In this document: piece after piece, positions 1 through 13,452 of the stretch
Numbering within the stretch: the stretch's first letter is position 1
Layout: every line of letters starts with the position of its first letter
NCBI RefSeq assembly: GCF_001194135.2
Contig: NC_069003.1
Span: forward strand, 31,828,968 to 31,892,967
Source of the DNA: Octopus bimaculoides
Taxonomy: Eukaryota
Length of the DNA stretch: 64,000 nt
Direction: 5' to 3'
Made by a program: the position numbers and the translations under genes
The notes under the pieces: model-generated
Database searches by the model: none
Told to the model about the DNA's origin: nothing
Seen by the model: only the letters and a program-made list of their open reading frames with translations

Positions 1-12
1 TATATATATACA

Positions 13-50
<38 letters not shown>

Positions 51-75
51 CATACACACACACACAAACATACAG

Positions 76-106
<31 letters not shown>

Positions 107-284
107 ATGTCTATTAACTTGGAAAGTCAAGCTAATAGACATATTTCTTGTTCTGTTGGAAAGGAGTGTTTCACCTGATATCTGTAAGGTAACAATTTCA
201 ATATCTTCGCTATTGTTATTGATATTTAATGTTCAATCTGCATTACTATATAGCCTGTTCCGCAATGCTTCAAACTACAGTAGT

Positions 285-344
<60 letters not shown>

Positions 345-504
345 TACATACATATATAATATATGTGTTTGTGTCATTATAATTACACAATACACACATA
401 TACACAGATATATATGTATACATATATATGTATATACATATGCACATATATATATATATATATGTACACATATATAAATATGCATATATATGTATGTGTA
501 TATA

Positions 505-541
<37 letters not shown>

Positions 542-560
542 GCATGCTTATAAATCACAT
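1..560. repeat. Compound (TA)n/(CA)n/(TACA)n microsatellite field, one of dozens in the window
   Basis: Read directly. Similar fields include 720-845, 10484-10570 (AAT), 11050-11180 (CAT/CGT), 39215-39480 (GAT), 48438-48637 (ATT) and 58990-59470 (CA). Confidence 0.95.
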
Positions 561-1249
561 TAGCTACAATAGATATTTTTAATAACATTACAGAAATCCA
601 GTTTTAACAGTTGCTGTTTAAAATATCAATAAGTAGATAGACAACTGGTGTGTCTGAATCTAGACATCTATACATCACAGAATCTGAGACAATGGCCTCT
701 CTCACTCCTTCAGGCACATGCACGCACACACAAACACACACACACACACACACACGCATGCACACACACACACGCACACACATGCACGCACACACACACA
801 CATGCACACACACACACGCACACACACACACACACACATACATATCAATAAAAATGTTACTGAAAATTAATGAACGAGATCATTTGTTTCCGTTTGCTAT
901 TAGTCCCAACATATTAGGGGAGGAACAACAACAACAACAACAACAACAACAGCAATAACAACAGATAATACCACTATTGCTACTGCAACCACCACCACTT
1001 TTGCCACAATGATGACGATGACAATGACGACAACTACCACCACCACCACCACCACCACCACCACCACAACCATTTCAATGTCCACTTTTCCATACTAGTT
1101 TATTGAGACAGATATTCTACAGCTGGATGCCCTTCCTGTTGCCAACCTTTGCCTGTTGCCAAGCAAGGTTCTATTTCCCGCATGGTCAGATATGGTGCCA
1201 TCACCAACAGCAGCAGCAGCACCACCACCACCACCGCCACCATCATCAT

Positions 1250-1950
1250 CATCAGACCTAGCCATGGACACTATAGTTCATCATACCATCAAAGTCCTTT
1301 ATCACAGAGCTATGACATGGTTATTGATACAACACAGTCCTTCGTCATAATTCTATTACCTGGTTAGTAACACTACACTCCTAGGTATCAAAGTCTCTTA
1401 CTACAGGAATCTCCAGCCACTGAGCCACAGACCAATACCAGGCAGTGGAGCATTTGGTACCGTGCCACACAGGAAGAATAAGGTTTCACCATGTCTAAGT
1501 CACTGATAATATAACATATGAAAGCATCAAAGTCTTTTATCATAAGATCTATGACATGGTCACTGATGCAAGACTTCAATGAATCAAAATCTATTGGCAT
1601 AGATCTATGATCTGATCATTGATGTTATGATACATCACAATATCAAATATTTTATCTGGTCACTGAAAATTAAGACTTCAAATTATTAAATTCATTCATA
1701 ACAATTTTATGATCAGGTCAATGACTTTATACTTTAGACTATCAAAATCTTTGGTCACAGATGTATGACCTGGTCATTGATGTTATAATACATCATAATA
1801 TCAAAATTTTTTTTTATCCTAAATCTGGTCACAGAAGATTAAGACTTCAAATTATTAAATTCATTTGTCATAATTCTATGATCACAATCAGGTCAATGAC
1901 CTTATACTTCAGAGTATCACAGACTTTTGTCACAGATCTATATTTTGATC
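1250..1950. repeat. Degenerate tandem repeat with recurring motifs gatctatgacatggtcactgatg, atcaaagtcttt and aagacttcaaattattaaattcat
   Basis: Four or more diverged units, about 130-180 bp each, read by eye. Confidence 0.6.
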
Positions 1951-2487
1951 GTTGACACTGTTACTTCAGCTGTGTTTCAGTGATCTAGTTTGGAGACATA
2001 TGAACAAATATACAAGAAAGAAACTTCAGACAATATAACTATAATACCAGGAGCTACATTCAATTCAAACCTTGTATTGAACTGGTGAATCCAACCAATG
2101 AACAAAAAGGAACAACAGTGTAAACACACATGCACACACACGTCCTCCTATGTGGTTGGCCAAGGTAATCTCTACAGGTTATCTGGATGTGCTAGAAATA
2201 TGAACTAAATCTCCCTTAAATCATATCCTACCACCTGAAAAATGAAGGGGAGACGTATAACCAGGGCAATGTCGACACAGATACATTATACTTCAAAGCC
2301 AAAGACGAGATGATCAATGCTTGAACACCTTTGATCATAAGTCTTCAAAGGGCCAATATGGATTGGCTAGACAACAGCTGCAACAGCAGCAGCAACAACA
2401 ACATCACCATCATCATCAGCAGCAGCAGCAAAAACCACAATGACATGAACTATACAGCCTTGGGTTTATATAACAAGATAGACCATT

Positions 2488-2730
2488 TCGAGCGTGGCCG
2501 TTGCCAGTACCGCCTGACTGGCCTTCGTGCCGGTGGCACGTAAAAGCACCCACTACACTCTCTGAGTGGTTGGCGTTAGGAAGGGCATCCCGCTGTAAAA
2601 ACTCTGCCAAATCAGATTGGAGGCTGGTGTTGCCATCTGGTTTCACCAGTCCTCAGTCAAATCGTCCAACCCATGCTAGCATGGAAAGCGGACATTAAAC
2701 GATGATGATGATGATGATGATGATGATGAT
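2488..2730 (+). mobile_element. SINE-like element with RTE-type 3' tail and (GAT)n end (family C)
   Basis: ...cactctctgagtggttggcgttaggaagggcatcc...ccaacccatgctagcatggaaagcggacattaaac(gat)n. Further copies at about 11160-11428(-), 17620-17870(-), 22310-22477(+), 24680-24842(+), 36680-36785(+), 45130-45330(-), 58585-58780(-) and 59995-60198(+). Confidence 0.85.
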
Positions 2731-3124
2731 AGATATGGCATGCTTTCATAGATACTAAACACGACATGATCTAAATGATGCTCCACTGATCTTTATCTTT
2801 TATCTTTTATTTCTTTCAGTCGTTGGACTGAAGCCATGCTGGGGCACTGCCTTGAAGGGTTTAGATGAACAAATCAACCACAGGATTTATTTTTCTATTC
2901 ATTTAAATTTTTTTTTTTTTAAACCTGGTAATTATTGTCTGAAGCCGAACCACTAAGTTATGGAAATGTAAACAAACCGACACCAGTCATCAAGCAATGG
3001 TGGGAGACAAACAAAGACATACATACAACACATATGTATATATATATATATATATATTTATTTTATATAAGGGCATTACTACACAAGAATGCCTCACGTT
3101 ATGAGGGACTCTAAGGGCAGACTA

Positions 3125-3169
<45 letters not shown>

Positions 3170-3884
3170 GATGATGTGCATCTTTCAGTTTCTGTCAACC
3201 AAATCCACCCACAAGGCTCAGGTCAACCTGCAGCCATAGCAGAAGTCACTGGCTCAAAGCGTCACACAGTGGAACTGAACCAGAAACCATGTGGTTAAGA
3301 AGCAAGCTTCTTAACACCTAGCCATGCCTGCCAACAAAATACAATAAGGCCGCATTGACACTAAACACTGCATGGTCCTACTCTATATGATCGAATGGCT
3401 CATACACTAAAAACCCGTCGATGACACAAGTAATCACTTAATCGCCAGATACCTCGACTGATATTAAATACTAAATGCCTTATCGTAACACACTGTAATC
3501 ACAACACCTTATGACCTCATTGACATTGAGCATGCCAAACCGTCAGTGCCGTCAGAAGTTGGCTTCCCAATCAGAGTGTCATGTTGAGGCATGTAGTGAT
3601 TAAGTGATTCCTTGTATGGACTGAAGAGTGTTGCCAATGGTCTTTAGTTTATGAGTAATTGAATCGTGTAGAGCTTGGTGTCATTGAGGCCTTAGTGTAT
3701 TTTGTTGGTAGGCATGGCTGTGTGGTAAGAAGCTTGCTTCCCAACAACATGGTTTCAGGTTCAGACCCACTGCGTGGAACCTTGGCCAAGTGTCTTCTAC
3801 TATTGTCTTGGGCCATCAAAAGCCTTGTGAGTGGATTTGGTAGATGGAAACTGAAAGAAGCATAACATTACGTGTGTGTGTGTG

Positions 3885-4336
3885 TAGTAGTGTAACTAGG
3901 CTGGGCAAAGGAGGCGCATGCCCCAGGTGCCGATTAAAGGGGGGAGCGCAGAATTGACCATAATACAATAAGCTTGAACTCCATTTATAAAATTGCAACT
4001 GTAAAGATGGATCTCCAGCAAATCGTTTTATGCTGTTATTAAAGGTAAACGCAATATGATGGCTGTCTACCTTCATGTCTGGACATTTTTATAAAAGGGC
4101 ATCAAAAAAGGCCTCGTAAAAGTAAACATTCAAAAAATATATTTTGAATTACAGGTTGTACTGAACCGGCAGGTAAATGAATCCTGGTAAAGTGTTTATT
4201 CCTAAAATATTGCTTTAAAACATTAATTACTTGTAACAAATAAGTACTACATAATATCAGGGACTTTGTAATTGAGGAGGGGGGGTGGCATTTTTGCAGC
4301 TTGCCCCGGGCACAGTTTACCCTAGCTACGCCACTG
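3885..4336. mobile_element. Non-autonomous DNA transposon (MITE) with about 17-bp TIRs of the type CAGTGGCGTAGCTAGGG
   Basis: Left tagtagtgtaactaggg (3885-3901) against right ccctagctacgccactg (4320-4336); 4 transition mismatches. Inserted in the (TG)n of a SINE. Confidence 0.65.
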
Positions 4337-4729
4337 TGTATGCGTGAGTTTATGTTTGTTTTCCACCACTGCTTGGGAACCGGTGTTGTTTTGTTCATGT
4401 CCTCGTAACCAAGCAGTTTGGCAAAAAAGAGACCACTAGAATAAATATTACACTTAAGAAAAAAAAATACTAGGATTGATTTGTTCAACTAAAGCCTTCT
4501 AAGGCAGTGCTCCAGCATGGCCACAGTCCAACGACTGAAACAAGTAAAAAGTAAAAATACTACAATCCATGCAAGTAAATGCTACATCTCTCCACTGACA
4601 CTAAACAGTATAGGCCTACACTACAGCACATTAGAATACTTCGTTTTGTGGGGATATTGATTGTTTGTTGTCTTGTCAACACAGACCTTTATTAGTATCC
4701 TCACTAATGGGGATCGCTACAAATTTTTA

Positions 4730-5520
4730 AGCTAGCACAGACTGCTACTAGTTTTGTAACCTACACAAACTACCAAGAGAGGCTGTAACTAGTTCCTAGC
4801 CAATAGAGACAACTACTAATCTCGTAGTCTCACAAACTACTAACATTCTAGCCAACACTAACTACTGCTAGTCTCCTAGCCAACACAAATTACACTAGAG
4901 TTTCCATGCCAACAAAGACCACCACTAGTCACCTAGCCAACACAAACTACTAACATTCTAGCCAACACTAACTACTGCTAGTCTCCTAGCCAACACAAAT
5001 TACACTAGAGTCTCCATGCCAACAAAGACCACCACTAGTCACCTAGCCAACACAGACTACACTAGTCTCCTAGCCAATGCAGACTGCTCTGGTCTCCTAA
5101 CCAATACAGACTACACCACTCTCCTAGCCAACACGGACCACTGGTCTTCTAATCAATGCCATCTACTCTAGTCTCTTAGCTAATGTAGAAGACTACTGCT
5201 AGTCTCCTAGCCAACTGAGACTACACTAACCTCCTATCAACACAGAACACTACTTCTCCCCTAGCCTATACAAACGGCCAATAGTATCAATAGTGTTCTA
5301 GCCTAGCCAAGCTGTCAATAGTTCATTGGCTGACAGACACTATGACTTGTTCTCTAGCCAACTCAGACAAGTACTAGCTTCCTAACAAACATTAACTGCT
5401 AAAAGTCTTCTAGCAAACATAGACCAGTGCTGGTCTCTTAACCAACTCAAACCACTACTTGTATTCTAGCCACCATTAGTCCCCTAGCAACTAGTCTCCT
5501 TACCAACAGAGACCATCATT
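4730..5520. repeat. Degenerate CTAG-rich minisatellite (ctagccaacacaaactac...) with a near-exact 110-bp tandem duplication
   Basis: 4831-4940 and 4941-5050 are near-identical (one mismatch seen); the flanking units are more diverged. Confidence 0.85.
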
Positions 5521-5896
5521 AATTTCCTTCCATTCTAATACTTATGTTTGACGAACACTGCTTTGTAGAGACTGAAGATGGTCACATTCAGTGTACAAGA
5601 CCTGTGGAGTATTCCCATATTTGGCTGGCTACTATTATATCAAAGGTTTATACTGGTACAAGCATTCAAATCGAAGAGAATGCCATTATGTGGTTGCTTG
5701 ATGACCTGCTAGTAATAACAGCTAAATTTTTGCTCAAATCACGCCCAACCTTTGAGATGATGGTGTGGAATTTGATGAAAATTTTGGCCAGAAGGAAAAG
5801 AAACATATGCTAATGTAGTCCTAGATATTATAGGTCACAGCTTGTACACCTTCGATGATATGTCTGTTCAATCAAAACCTAGCTGGGATGAAACAA

Positions 5897-5930
<34 letters not shown>

Positions 5931-6071
5931 CAACAACAACACTGGAAACACTTAACAAGGAGTTAATCAAACAAAATATTATTTTTATAATATTGGGCTT
6001 CTTTTTTTTTTTTAAGTATTAATAAAACAATCGAAAAGGGATTTTTTTCCCTTTTGTGTTGCTTTACTTAC

Positions 6072-6171
6072 GTTGGGGAATATGCAAAATCTCCTTTGAA
6101 ATTGGACTCAGAATCAAGGACTTCATTCAGGAGTTGTCGGACAACCTCCGGTTTATTATCTTCCTTGCCAC
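6072..6171 (-). CDS. TBC1D2B: Coding exon (100 nt, phase 1-2), GKEDNKPEVVRQLLNEVLDSESNFKGDFAYSP, just before the TBC domain
   Basis: tttacctgacAG at 6172-6173 and GTAAGT at 6070-6071. EVVRQLLNEVL resembles EVIAQLLEDAL. The expected next exon (YDxYGF, TBC domain) was not found in 1-6071. Confidence 0.87.
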
Positions 6172-7057
6172 CTGTCAGGTAAATAAAGAAAGCATTAATG
6201 AAACAAAGAAGCACAGGTGTCTTGCTATAACTGGGAAGATAAAGACGAAGAAGAAAGATGGTAGTGATGATGTGAAGAGCAAACTCTTGAGGTTGGTGAG
6301 CATAAGAGAGGATAAGTTAAATTCATTTCTGATATTCTGTGAGAACGAATCTGGCCATGAGGAAATACTGCCTTGCTTGGAAACAGGTGAGCTTTGACAA
6401 TAGGAAGGGCATCTGGCTGTAAGAGATCCATCTGCCACAATCAATTCTGTATGACCCAAGAAGAAGAAGAAGAAGAAGTAGAAGAAGAAGAAGAAGTAGA
6501 AGGGAAAAGAGGAAGAAGAAGAAGAAGAAGAAGCCGATAGAATTAGTAAGTGTTGCATTTCTACACCCACACACACCCACACACACACTCACACACACAC
6601 ACATGTACATATGCACACACATTTTTCTTTTCTACTCAGGTCTCATGGGAGGCTTTCTTGTCAAATTTTGGGTTATTTAAACTCTTTTACACTGCAGATT
6701 GCATCACATTTCATTAGTTGGGTCACAAGCACTATATGCACAGCTTCTCCAAGAGTGGTTAGGGTTAGGGTTACAGAACTGCATTGCTCGAGCAGCTAGA
6801 AATAGCAGCCAAATATCCCTAAAAAAAAACACACACACCAAACGGTTTTACAAAAGGAAAGATTCATTCAGTTATGATGTTCTTTTATTGTGTGCCTGAG
6901 CAAAAATGGGTGGATAGTCATGACTGGAACACCTTTTATTATATCATTTGTATGCTTGACTGGGTCTGATTTGGGACCAAACTACCACCAACACCACTAA
7001 TACTACAACCAATACCACCACCACCACCACCATACTACTACTACTACTACTGCCACC

Positions 7058-7088
<31 letters not shown>

Positions 7089-7234
7089 ATTTTGAATTTA
7101 GTTCACGGACCCCCAGTACTACCTTTGCAGACCACCAGGGGTCTGCGGACCACAGGCTGGGAACCACTGACCTAAAATATGAAAAATAATTACAATGAAA
7201 GCAAAAATCAAATTCAAAATATATCGCAACTGAC

Positions 7235-7320
7235 CTTCACAGACTTTTTCCAAATTCTTCAAAATGATCAGGTACTTGCTCATAATTTTGTAGTACTTAG
7301 CTTCCTGCTTCGCCAGCTCC
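7235..7320 (-). CDS. TBC1D2B: Coding exon (86 nt, phase 2-1), ELAKQEAKYYKIMSKYLIILKNLEKVCE
   Basis: cttattttAG at 7321-7322 and GTCAGT at 7233-7234. Matches the TBC1D2B motif LEAKLCQIESKYLILLQEM. Confidence 0.9.
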
Positions 7321-8467
7321 CTAAAATAAGAGGCACACCATGTTACAACAGTTAAACCATTCATGTGTATTGGTATGGTGGTGGGAACAATAAGTGAATA
7401 TGAGAACTTTGAAAAACTTGTCTCCTCTCCTTCTGGACTGGTAAAACACAGATACACAGCAATCTGATTTGACTTCTTCCGATCAATACCCGCAGATCAA
7501 TAGCTATGAGGGTGAGGTTATTTATTGATGCAAACATAATTGAACATTTGGTGACATCTGTCAATACCTCTGTGTGTATATGCGTGTGTGTGTGCGTGCG
7601 TGATGTCTGTGTGTGTATTTTGATCTTTTTAAAAATGCATATCTTCTGGTCATTGTTTAGACCCCACGTCAGCAGTGATTGAGTAGCCTATGGCCACTGG
7701 CATTCCAAACCATGACCATCCTATCTGTTTCACAATACACTATATAAAAATTTTAAAGTTAAATGTCTTCCCTGTAGGATTTGCGTGTGATTTGAGAGAA
7801 ATTTTATTAAACCCTGACTACATTTTTCAATGTGTCCTTTTGTCTTCTGTCTCTTTGGAGAACTAAAAATTCCACGTGAAAAGCAGCAGGATTTGAAAAG
7901 ATAATGACAAAGTTTGAATGTTTATTATATATGTTTACTTTTTACACTACGTCAATTTGCTTGCCAGAAAATATAGCCATTTCCAAGTAAATATAATCTT
8001 TTATATTTTCAAATTTTCTTGTTTCAGTCATTGGACTGCAGCTATGCCGGGGCACTGCCTTGAATTGTTTTAGTTGAACAAATCCACCCTAGTATTTAAG
8101 TTTGTTTTTTTTTTTTGAAGTTTAGTATTTTTCCTGTTCATCTTTTTTTTACCGAAGTGCTAAGTTACGGGGGATATAAACAAACCAATACTGGCTGTCA
8201 AGCAGTTGGGGCAGGCATGGTGCAAAAAAAAAAAGTGATTTCCATGTAAATTTAGAAAATAAGAGTTAAGAAATTTAATACAGTGTAAAGATGGATGTCT
8301 AAAGATGGCAACAGCTGGGAAATGCTTCAAAGAGTTGCTTAATGAAAAAATTCCGAGCATAAACTAGTGACATGAACAGAATGGCTTTCTAACACAACAA
8401 CGAAATCAATAAGACACACTTTTAGTATTCTTCTGAAAGTAATACTTTATATGGGTATAAATAAATA

Positions 8468-8507
<40 letters not shown>

Positions 8508-8604
8508 AGAGGCATGTGTACTTACATATTTATTTCCTTCAATGAAAATATGTGCACACACACATGCACACACACACAGACATACATACATACATACATA
8601 CATA

Positions 8605-9690
8605 CAGGGTGATCAGACGAAATGTAGACATGCATTTATTCAAATAACATCTTGATACAAAATGATATATTGAATTTAAATATGCTCAAATAAAGTCCAG
8701 AAAAAGTAGATTAAGATGATGCATTTAATTTTCAATATATCCACCTGTGACAGAGACTAACTGCCAGAGTCTGAGAACAACTTGGGAGCAAGTGACATGA
8801 ACAGTTTCTTCAGAGATTTCATCCCAGAATTTTCGCAAACAGTACTCAAGAGTTCTGAGACTCATATGGGAATTAGCACAGGCTTTGCTCTCAAGGACAG
8901 ACCATATGCCAAAGTCCATCAGATTCAGGTCGGGTGAAGAGAGGGGTCAGAACTCTTTTGACCAGAACACCTTGAAATTCTCTCGACACCATTCTTAGAC
9001 TTTTTAACCATATGAGATGTTGTGCCATCTTGTTGGAGAGTTATACCTTCGCCCCCAATTGTTGCAACAACCCAGGGGACTACCTTATCCTCTAACATGT
9101 CCAAATAAACATGTTGGTTGATTTTTACACCCTCTTCAATGAAGATCAGAGGGGTTTTCATGCCATTTGAGGTCACACATGGCCACACCATTATAGATGC
9201 AGGTTTCTGCTGCCAAAAGGTTAATCTTTGTTCAACAGGAATGTCCTTTCTATTTACTGCATATATATATACGATCATTTTGTGAACTGTGGCATGCTTA
9301 CACACTGAATCACTTTTCATCTGTGTACAGTATTTGGTGGCTGTGTGCCATCTTTCAGCTTTTGCAGAAGAAGCTTTGCTCTTCGCAGTCTTTTTTTTCT
9401 CTTTGTGGCTTCAGACAAAACATGTGCTTTTGATATCTTGTATGCGAATAATTGAAGATCACTTTTAACAAATTATGCATAGTTCCATAGCTTGTACCAG
9501 CTTCTGAAGCGAGTTTTCTGATGCTTCTTTTTAGGTTATGCCTGATGTTTCCTTTTGTGTTTTTGATGAGTTTTTGAGCTCATCCAGTGAGAGAAGCCTT
9601 GTTAAATTTCTTTCTTTTCCTCTTTTGCATCTTCTATCCATTTAATATCTCTCTTGCAACCATAAAACTTTCTACACCAGCACCATATAT
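8605..9690 (-). pseudogene. Decayed Tc1/mariner-superfamily transposase, DD37D (maT-type)
   Basis: Minus-strand peptides IMVWPCVTSNGMKTPLIFIEEGVKINQHVY..., LQQDG...(frameshift, stops)...SPDLNLMDFGIWSVLESKAC...WDEI...GGYIE. After restoring the frameshift, 37 residues separate the second and third D. One end is TA|CAGGGTG at 8605; the other TIR is only weakly recognisable near 9670-9690. Confidence 0.8.
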
Positions 9691-9701
9691 ACATGATATC
9701 A

Positions 9702-9761
<60 letters not shown>

Positions 9762-10204
9762 ACAGATAAATAGACATGGATGTGCACATGTATTGAAGAA
9801 CAGAGAAGACTTAAGAAAAAAATGGCATCGAGTTTTATAATCCTTGATACAACACTATTGTTTAAAAATTAGAATGGGCGGACCAGAGGAAGAAAGGCTT
9901 TGATCATAAATGACGAAACATTGTTTAAAACATCATGAGACTATATTATTGTTTCCAACACAACAAATGAATAGTCCGCATTGCTAAGATGACAGGTAAA
10001 ATGCCTGAGGAACTAGAATGGCATGTTGTCATTGGATCTCGTTCTTGCACAATAAACTTGCTTTACTAATTATAATTTATCTCATCATCTCATGACATGA
10101 CATGGGCAGTTAATTTCAAACATTGAAAAACCACTTTCCATTTCTTACTCATATTGAAATGTAGTTAAAGCATGTGCATATGCGTACATTACATGCATGT
10201 GTGT

Positions 10205-10240
<36 letters not shown>

Positions 10241-10480
10241 ATGTAGAAATGCAACACTTAAAATTTTTGTGTGTGTGTATATGTCAGTCTGTCTGTCTGT
10301 CTGTCTGTTTGTCTTTGTCTCTTTATCTATCTAGAAAAACACTGGTACTTAATTTATCAACCCCTGAAAGGATGAAAGATAAAGTCGACCTCAGTGGAAT
10401 TTGAACTCAGAACATAAAGGCAGACGAAATACTGCTAAGCATTTCATCCAGCACGCTAACAATTCTGCCAGCTCGCTGCC

Positions 10481-10552
<72 letters not shown>

Positions 10553-11084
10553 GTAATAATAATAATAATGATGATAATAACGATGATAGCAAAAGTGACA
10601 ATAATAATAATAATGATTGCCAAACTAATTAATATTGCAAAGCATACACATCACATGTCTCTTTGACATTTCATATGCCAACTACAAGTGTTATTACAAA
10701 AGGTATGCATAAAAGTATCTTTAAGAAAAAAAGAAAAGAACAAAAACCAAAAAAACAAAGAAAAAAAAACAAAACTGTACACACAAACAAATATCATTTA
10801 CGATTGTGTAAATAAGTTTGTTTTTAATTTGCCTTCTTCATGGTTTAAATGTGTTTAAGTGTTGATTTTAAACCATTTGTGTGTGAGGATGGAAGGATAG
10901 AAATAATATTGATTGCAGCATTGAAAGATTTCACTCGTTTATTGTCGGAAGGGAAGTGGAATGAATTACCAAAGTTCAGTAACGAATCATGTGAATTTAA
11001 GAAGTTGAACTCTGACATTGCCAGATGGTGGGTGGTAGGTCAGGGATATTATCATCATCATCATCATCATCATCATCAGCGTCG

Positions 11085-11141
<57 letters not shown>

Positions 11142-12000
11142 TCATCATCATCATCGTCATCATCATCATCATCATCATCTTTTATCGTCCGTTTTCCATG
11201 CTGGCATGTGTTAGACAGTTTGACCGGGGCTGGTAAGCTAGAGAGCTGCACCAGGATCCAGTCATCTGTTTTAGCATGGTTTCTATGGCTGGATGTCCTT
11301 CCTAATGCCAACCATTTTGCAGAGTGTATTGAGTGTTCTTTACATGTCACTGGCATGGGTACCTTTTACGTGTCACCAGCGCAGGTAAATTTTACATGTC
11401 AGCAACACAGATGCATTTTCCAGCACAGGNNNNNNNNNNNNNNNNNNNNNNATATATATATATATATATAATCATTGCTATTATGTTAAACTGTCGTATG
11501 TCAAAATTTGGCTAACTGTATTTTTTTCAATATTTATTTTTGCTTGCAAAATCCGGTTCTTTTGGTCAAGCTATCACACCCCCAGCTGCTTTAGATGCCA
11601 AGATATAAAAAATTGTCAAAGTGTAGTACAGTGGTTTTGTTGTGGAATGGTGAAACTAATTTTTGTTTTCTGAAAAAGCAACATTTTGAACTTGCAACAC
11701 TTTTGCATAATAGCAATGATATGTATGTATGTATGTATGTATGTATTAACACCTATATACATACACATATATACATTTATTATTCTTAGCCTTTTCAATA
11801 CCAACCCGGCTGAAACCAGCTCTGGCTCTAAGTACAAATGTTTTGTTTTCATAAGTTTTGAATTAAAATCTTCCACCAAACCTTAGTCACAATTTATGTT
11901 CCTAACACTAGCTGAATGATAACTAAGGTATTTTACCAAATTCTTTGAGAGGGAGAGAGAGAATAAAACACTGAAAAATGTAAACGTTACAATCACTTAC

Positions 12001-12107
12001 ATGCTGAGTATTTTCTCTCGTTTCTCACATTGCTGTCTCAGTTCATTGAGCTCAAGAATTTCTATGCTAAGAAATTTGTTCTGCATTTCATAAGCCCGAA
12101 CCATATC
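12001..12107 (-). CDS. TBC1D2B: Coding exon (107 nt, phase 0-2), DMVRAYEMQNKFLSIEILELNELRQQCEKREKILS
   Basis: tttatctcAG at 12108-12109 and GTAAGT at 11999-12000. Strong match to the TBC1D2-family motif (TBC1D2B: DNLQGYKTQNKFLNKEILELSALRRNAERRERDL, recalled). Confidence 0.92.
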
Positions 12108-12993
12108 CTGAGATAAAGAGAAAGAATTGTTTATAATAATGTAATAAAAAAATTGAAATTTCACTCTCAGAAAAAAAATTTAAGAATTGTCAGAATTAAT
12201 CAGTTTTGACCCTTTTATGGCAGAAATCAGAAATATCCTGTCAAATCTTTAATTACTCTTAGTAGAAGGGTAATTGAAGATTTGGCTGGATTTGATCAAC
12301 CAATCAATTAGGTAGGTATAATCAGAAATTATATTCTTTTATTCTTTTACTTGTTTCAGTCATTTGATTGTGGCCATGCTTGAGCACTGCCTTTGAGTCG
12401 AAGAAACTGATCCCAGGATCTATTCTTTGTAAGCCTGGTACTAATTCTATCGGCTTCTTTTGCTGAACCGCTAGGAAGGGAGTGGTCAACTATATTGACC
12501 CTAATACCTGATTGGTACTTTATTATATCAACCTAAGAAAAATGGAAGGTAAAGTTAACCTTGGAGGAATTTGAACTCAAAACATAAAGAGCTGGAACAA
12601 ATAGTACAAAGGATTTTATGTGATACTCTAAAACTTCCGTTAATCCACTATCTTTTGTAATTTAATATGGTCAGGTAATGTTCATTAGCAATTAAGCCAT
12701 TAACAATTGATATTAACTCGTTAACAATTGATATTAACTCATTAACAACGTAAATATTATTAACCCTTAACTAAACTTCACAGTTATTCCATTAGTAATG
12801 TTAAATATTGACCAAAAAACAGAACTGGTATTTTCTATAAGTCACGTTGCCTCGATAAACTTGACATACAATAGAAAATAATTTCAAACAGGACATTCCT
12901 CAACAAAAGGTAAGATTGGTTTATAGAACAGCTTTCTGCAGTTAAGGCTCATGAAATTTTGAGTGACTGTATCAGATTTCTGCAGTAAAATGT

Positions 12994-13412
12994 GTAGGAG
13001 TGGCTGTGTGGTAAGTAGCTTGCTTACCAACCACATGGCTCCGGGTTCAGTCCCACTGCGTGGCACCTTGGGCAAGTGTCTTTTACTATAGCCTCGGGCC
13101 AACCAAAGCCTTGTGAGTGGATTTGGTAGACGGAAACTGAAAGAAGCCCGTTGTATATATGTATATATATGTATGTATGTATGTGTGTGTATATGTTTGT
13201 GTGTCTGTGTTTGTCCCCCCAACATCGCTTGACAACCGATGGTGGTGTGTTTACGTCCCCGTAACTTAGCGGTTCAGCAAAAGAGACCGATAGAATAAGT
13301 ACTAGGCTTCCAAAGAATAAGTCCTGGGGTCGATTTGCTCGACTAAAGGTGGTGCTCCAGCATGGCCACAGTCGAATGACTGAAACAAGTAAAGGAGTAA
13401 AAGAGTAAAAGA
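12994..13412 (+). mobile_element. tRNA-derived SINE (family A) with a CORE-like ccttgggcaagt segment, an internal microsatellite and the tail ...actgaaacaagtaaaagag
   Basis: Head ggagtggctgtgtggtaagtagcttgcttaccaaccacatggctccgggttcagtccc (A/B-box-like). Further copies at about 23034-23445(+), 25898-26210(-), 3705-3880(+), 33320-33480(+), 56650-56820(+) and 62755-62905(+), with tails at 12335-12475(-) and 20520-20650(-). Resembles the described octopus OR-type SINEs; exact family name not assigned. Confidence 0.85.
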
Positions 13413-13452
13413 GTTAATTGATAATTTAGAATATTTAGAAACAAATTCTTAC

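Noticed and set aside
156-958. Many 60-400 aa ORFs in the track (YIYI, HTHT, poly-N/D/S/I and X-filled ORFs)
   Set aside because: They are translations of microsatellites or N gaps, with no splice or homology support.
2636-2660. CUGAGGA-cuggu-GAAAC on the minus strand of every family C SINE
   Set aside because: Only 5 nt separate the core halves, so stem II cannot form, and there is no stem I or III. It is better explained as the small hairpin ctggt-ttc-accag.
5544-5813. Plus-strand 89-aa ORF, also tested on the minus strand as the missing TBC-domain exon
   Set aside because: No YDxYGF motif, stops in the phase-compatible frame, and it overlaps a dispersed repeat fragment.
6056-6397. Plus-strand 113-aa ORF
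   Set aside because: It is the antisense shadow of the real minus-strand exon 6072-6171 plus SINE sequence.
6759-6775. TTAGGG repeated about 2.5 times
   Set aside because: Too short to call an interstitial telomere.
9858-9930. 11-bp direct repeat attgtttaaaa around a short insert ending in cGAAAC
   Set aside because: No intact CUGANGA or stem II, and the AT-rich repeat could be chance.
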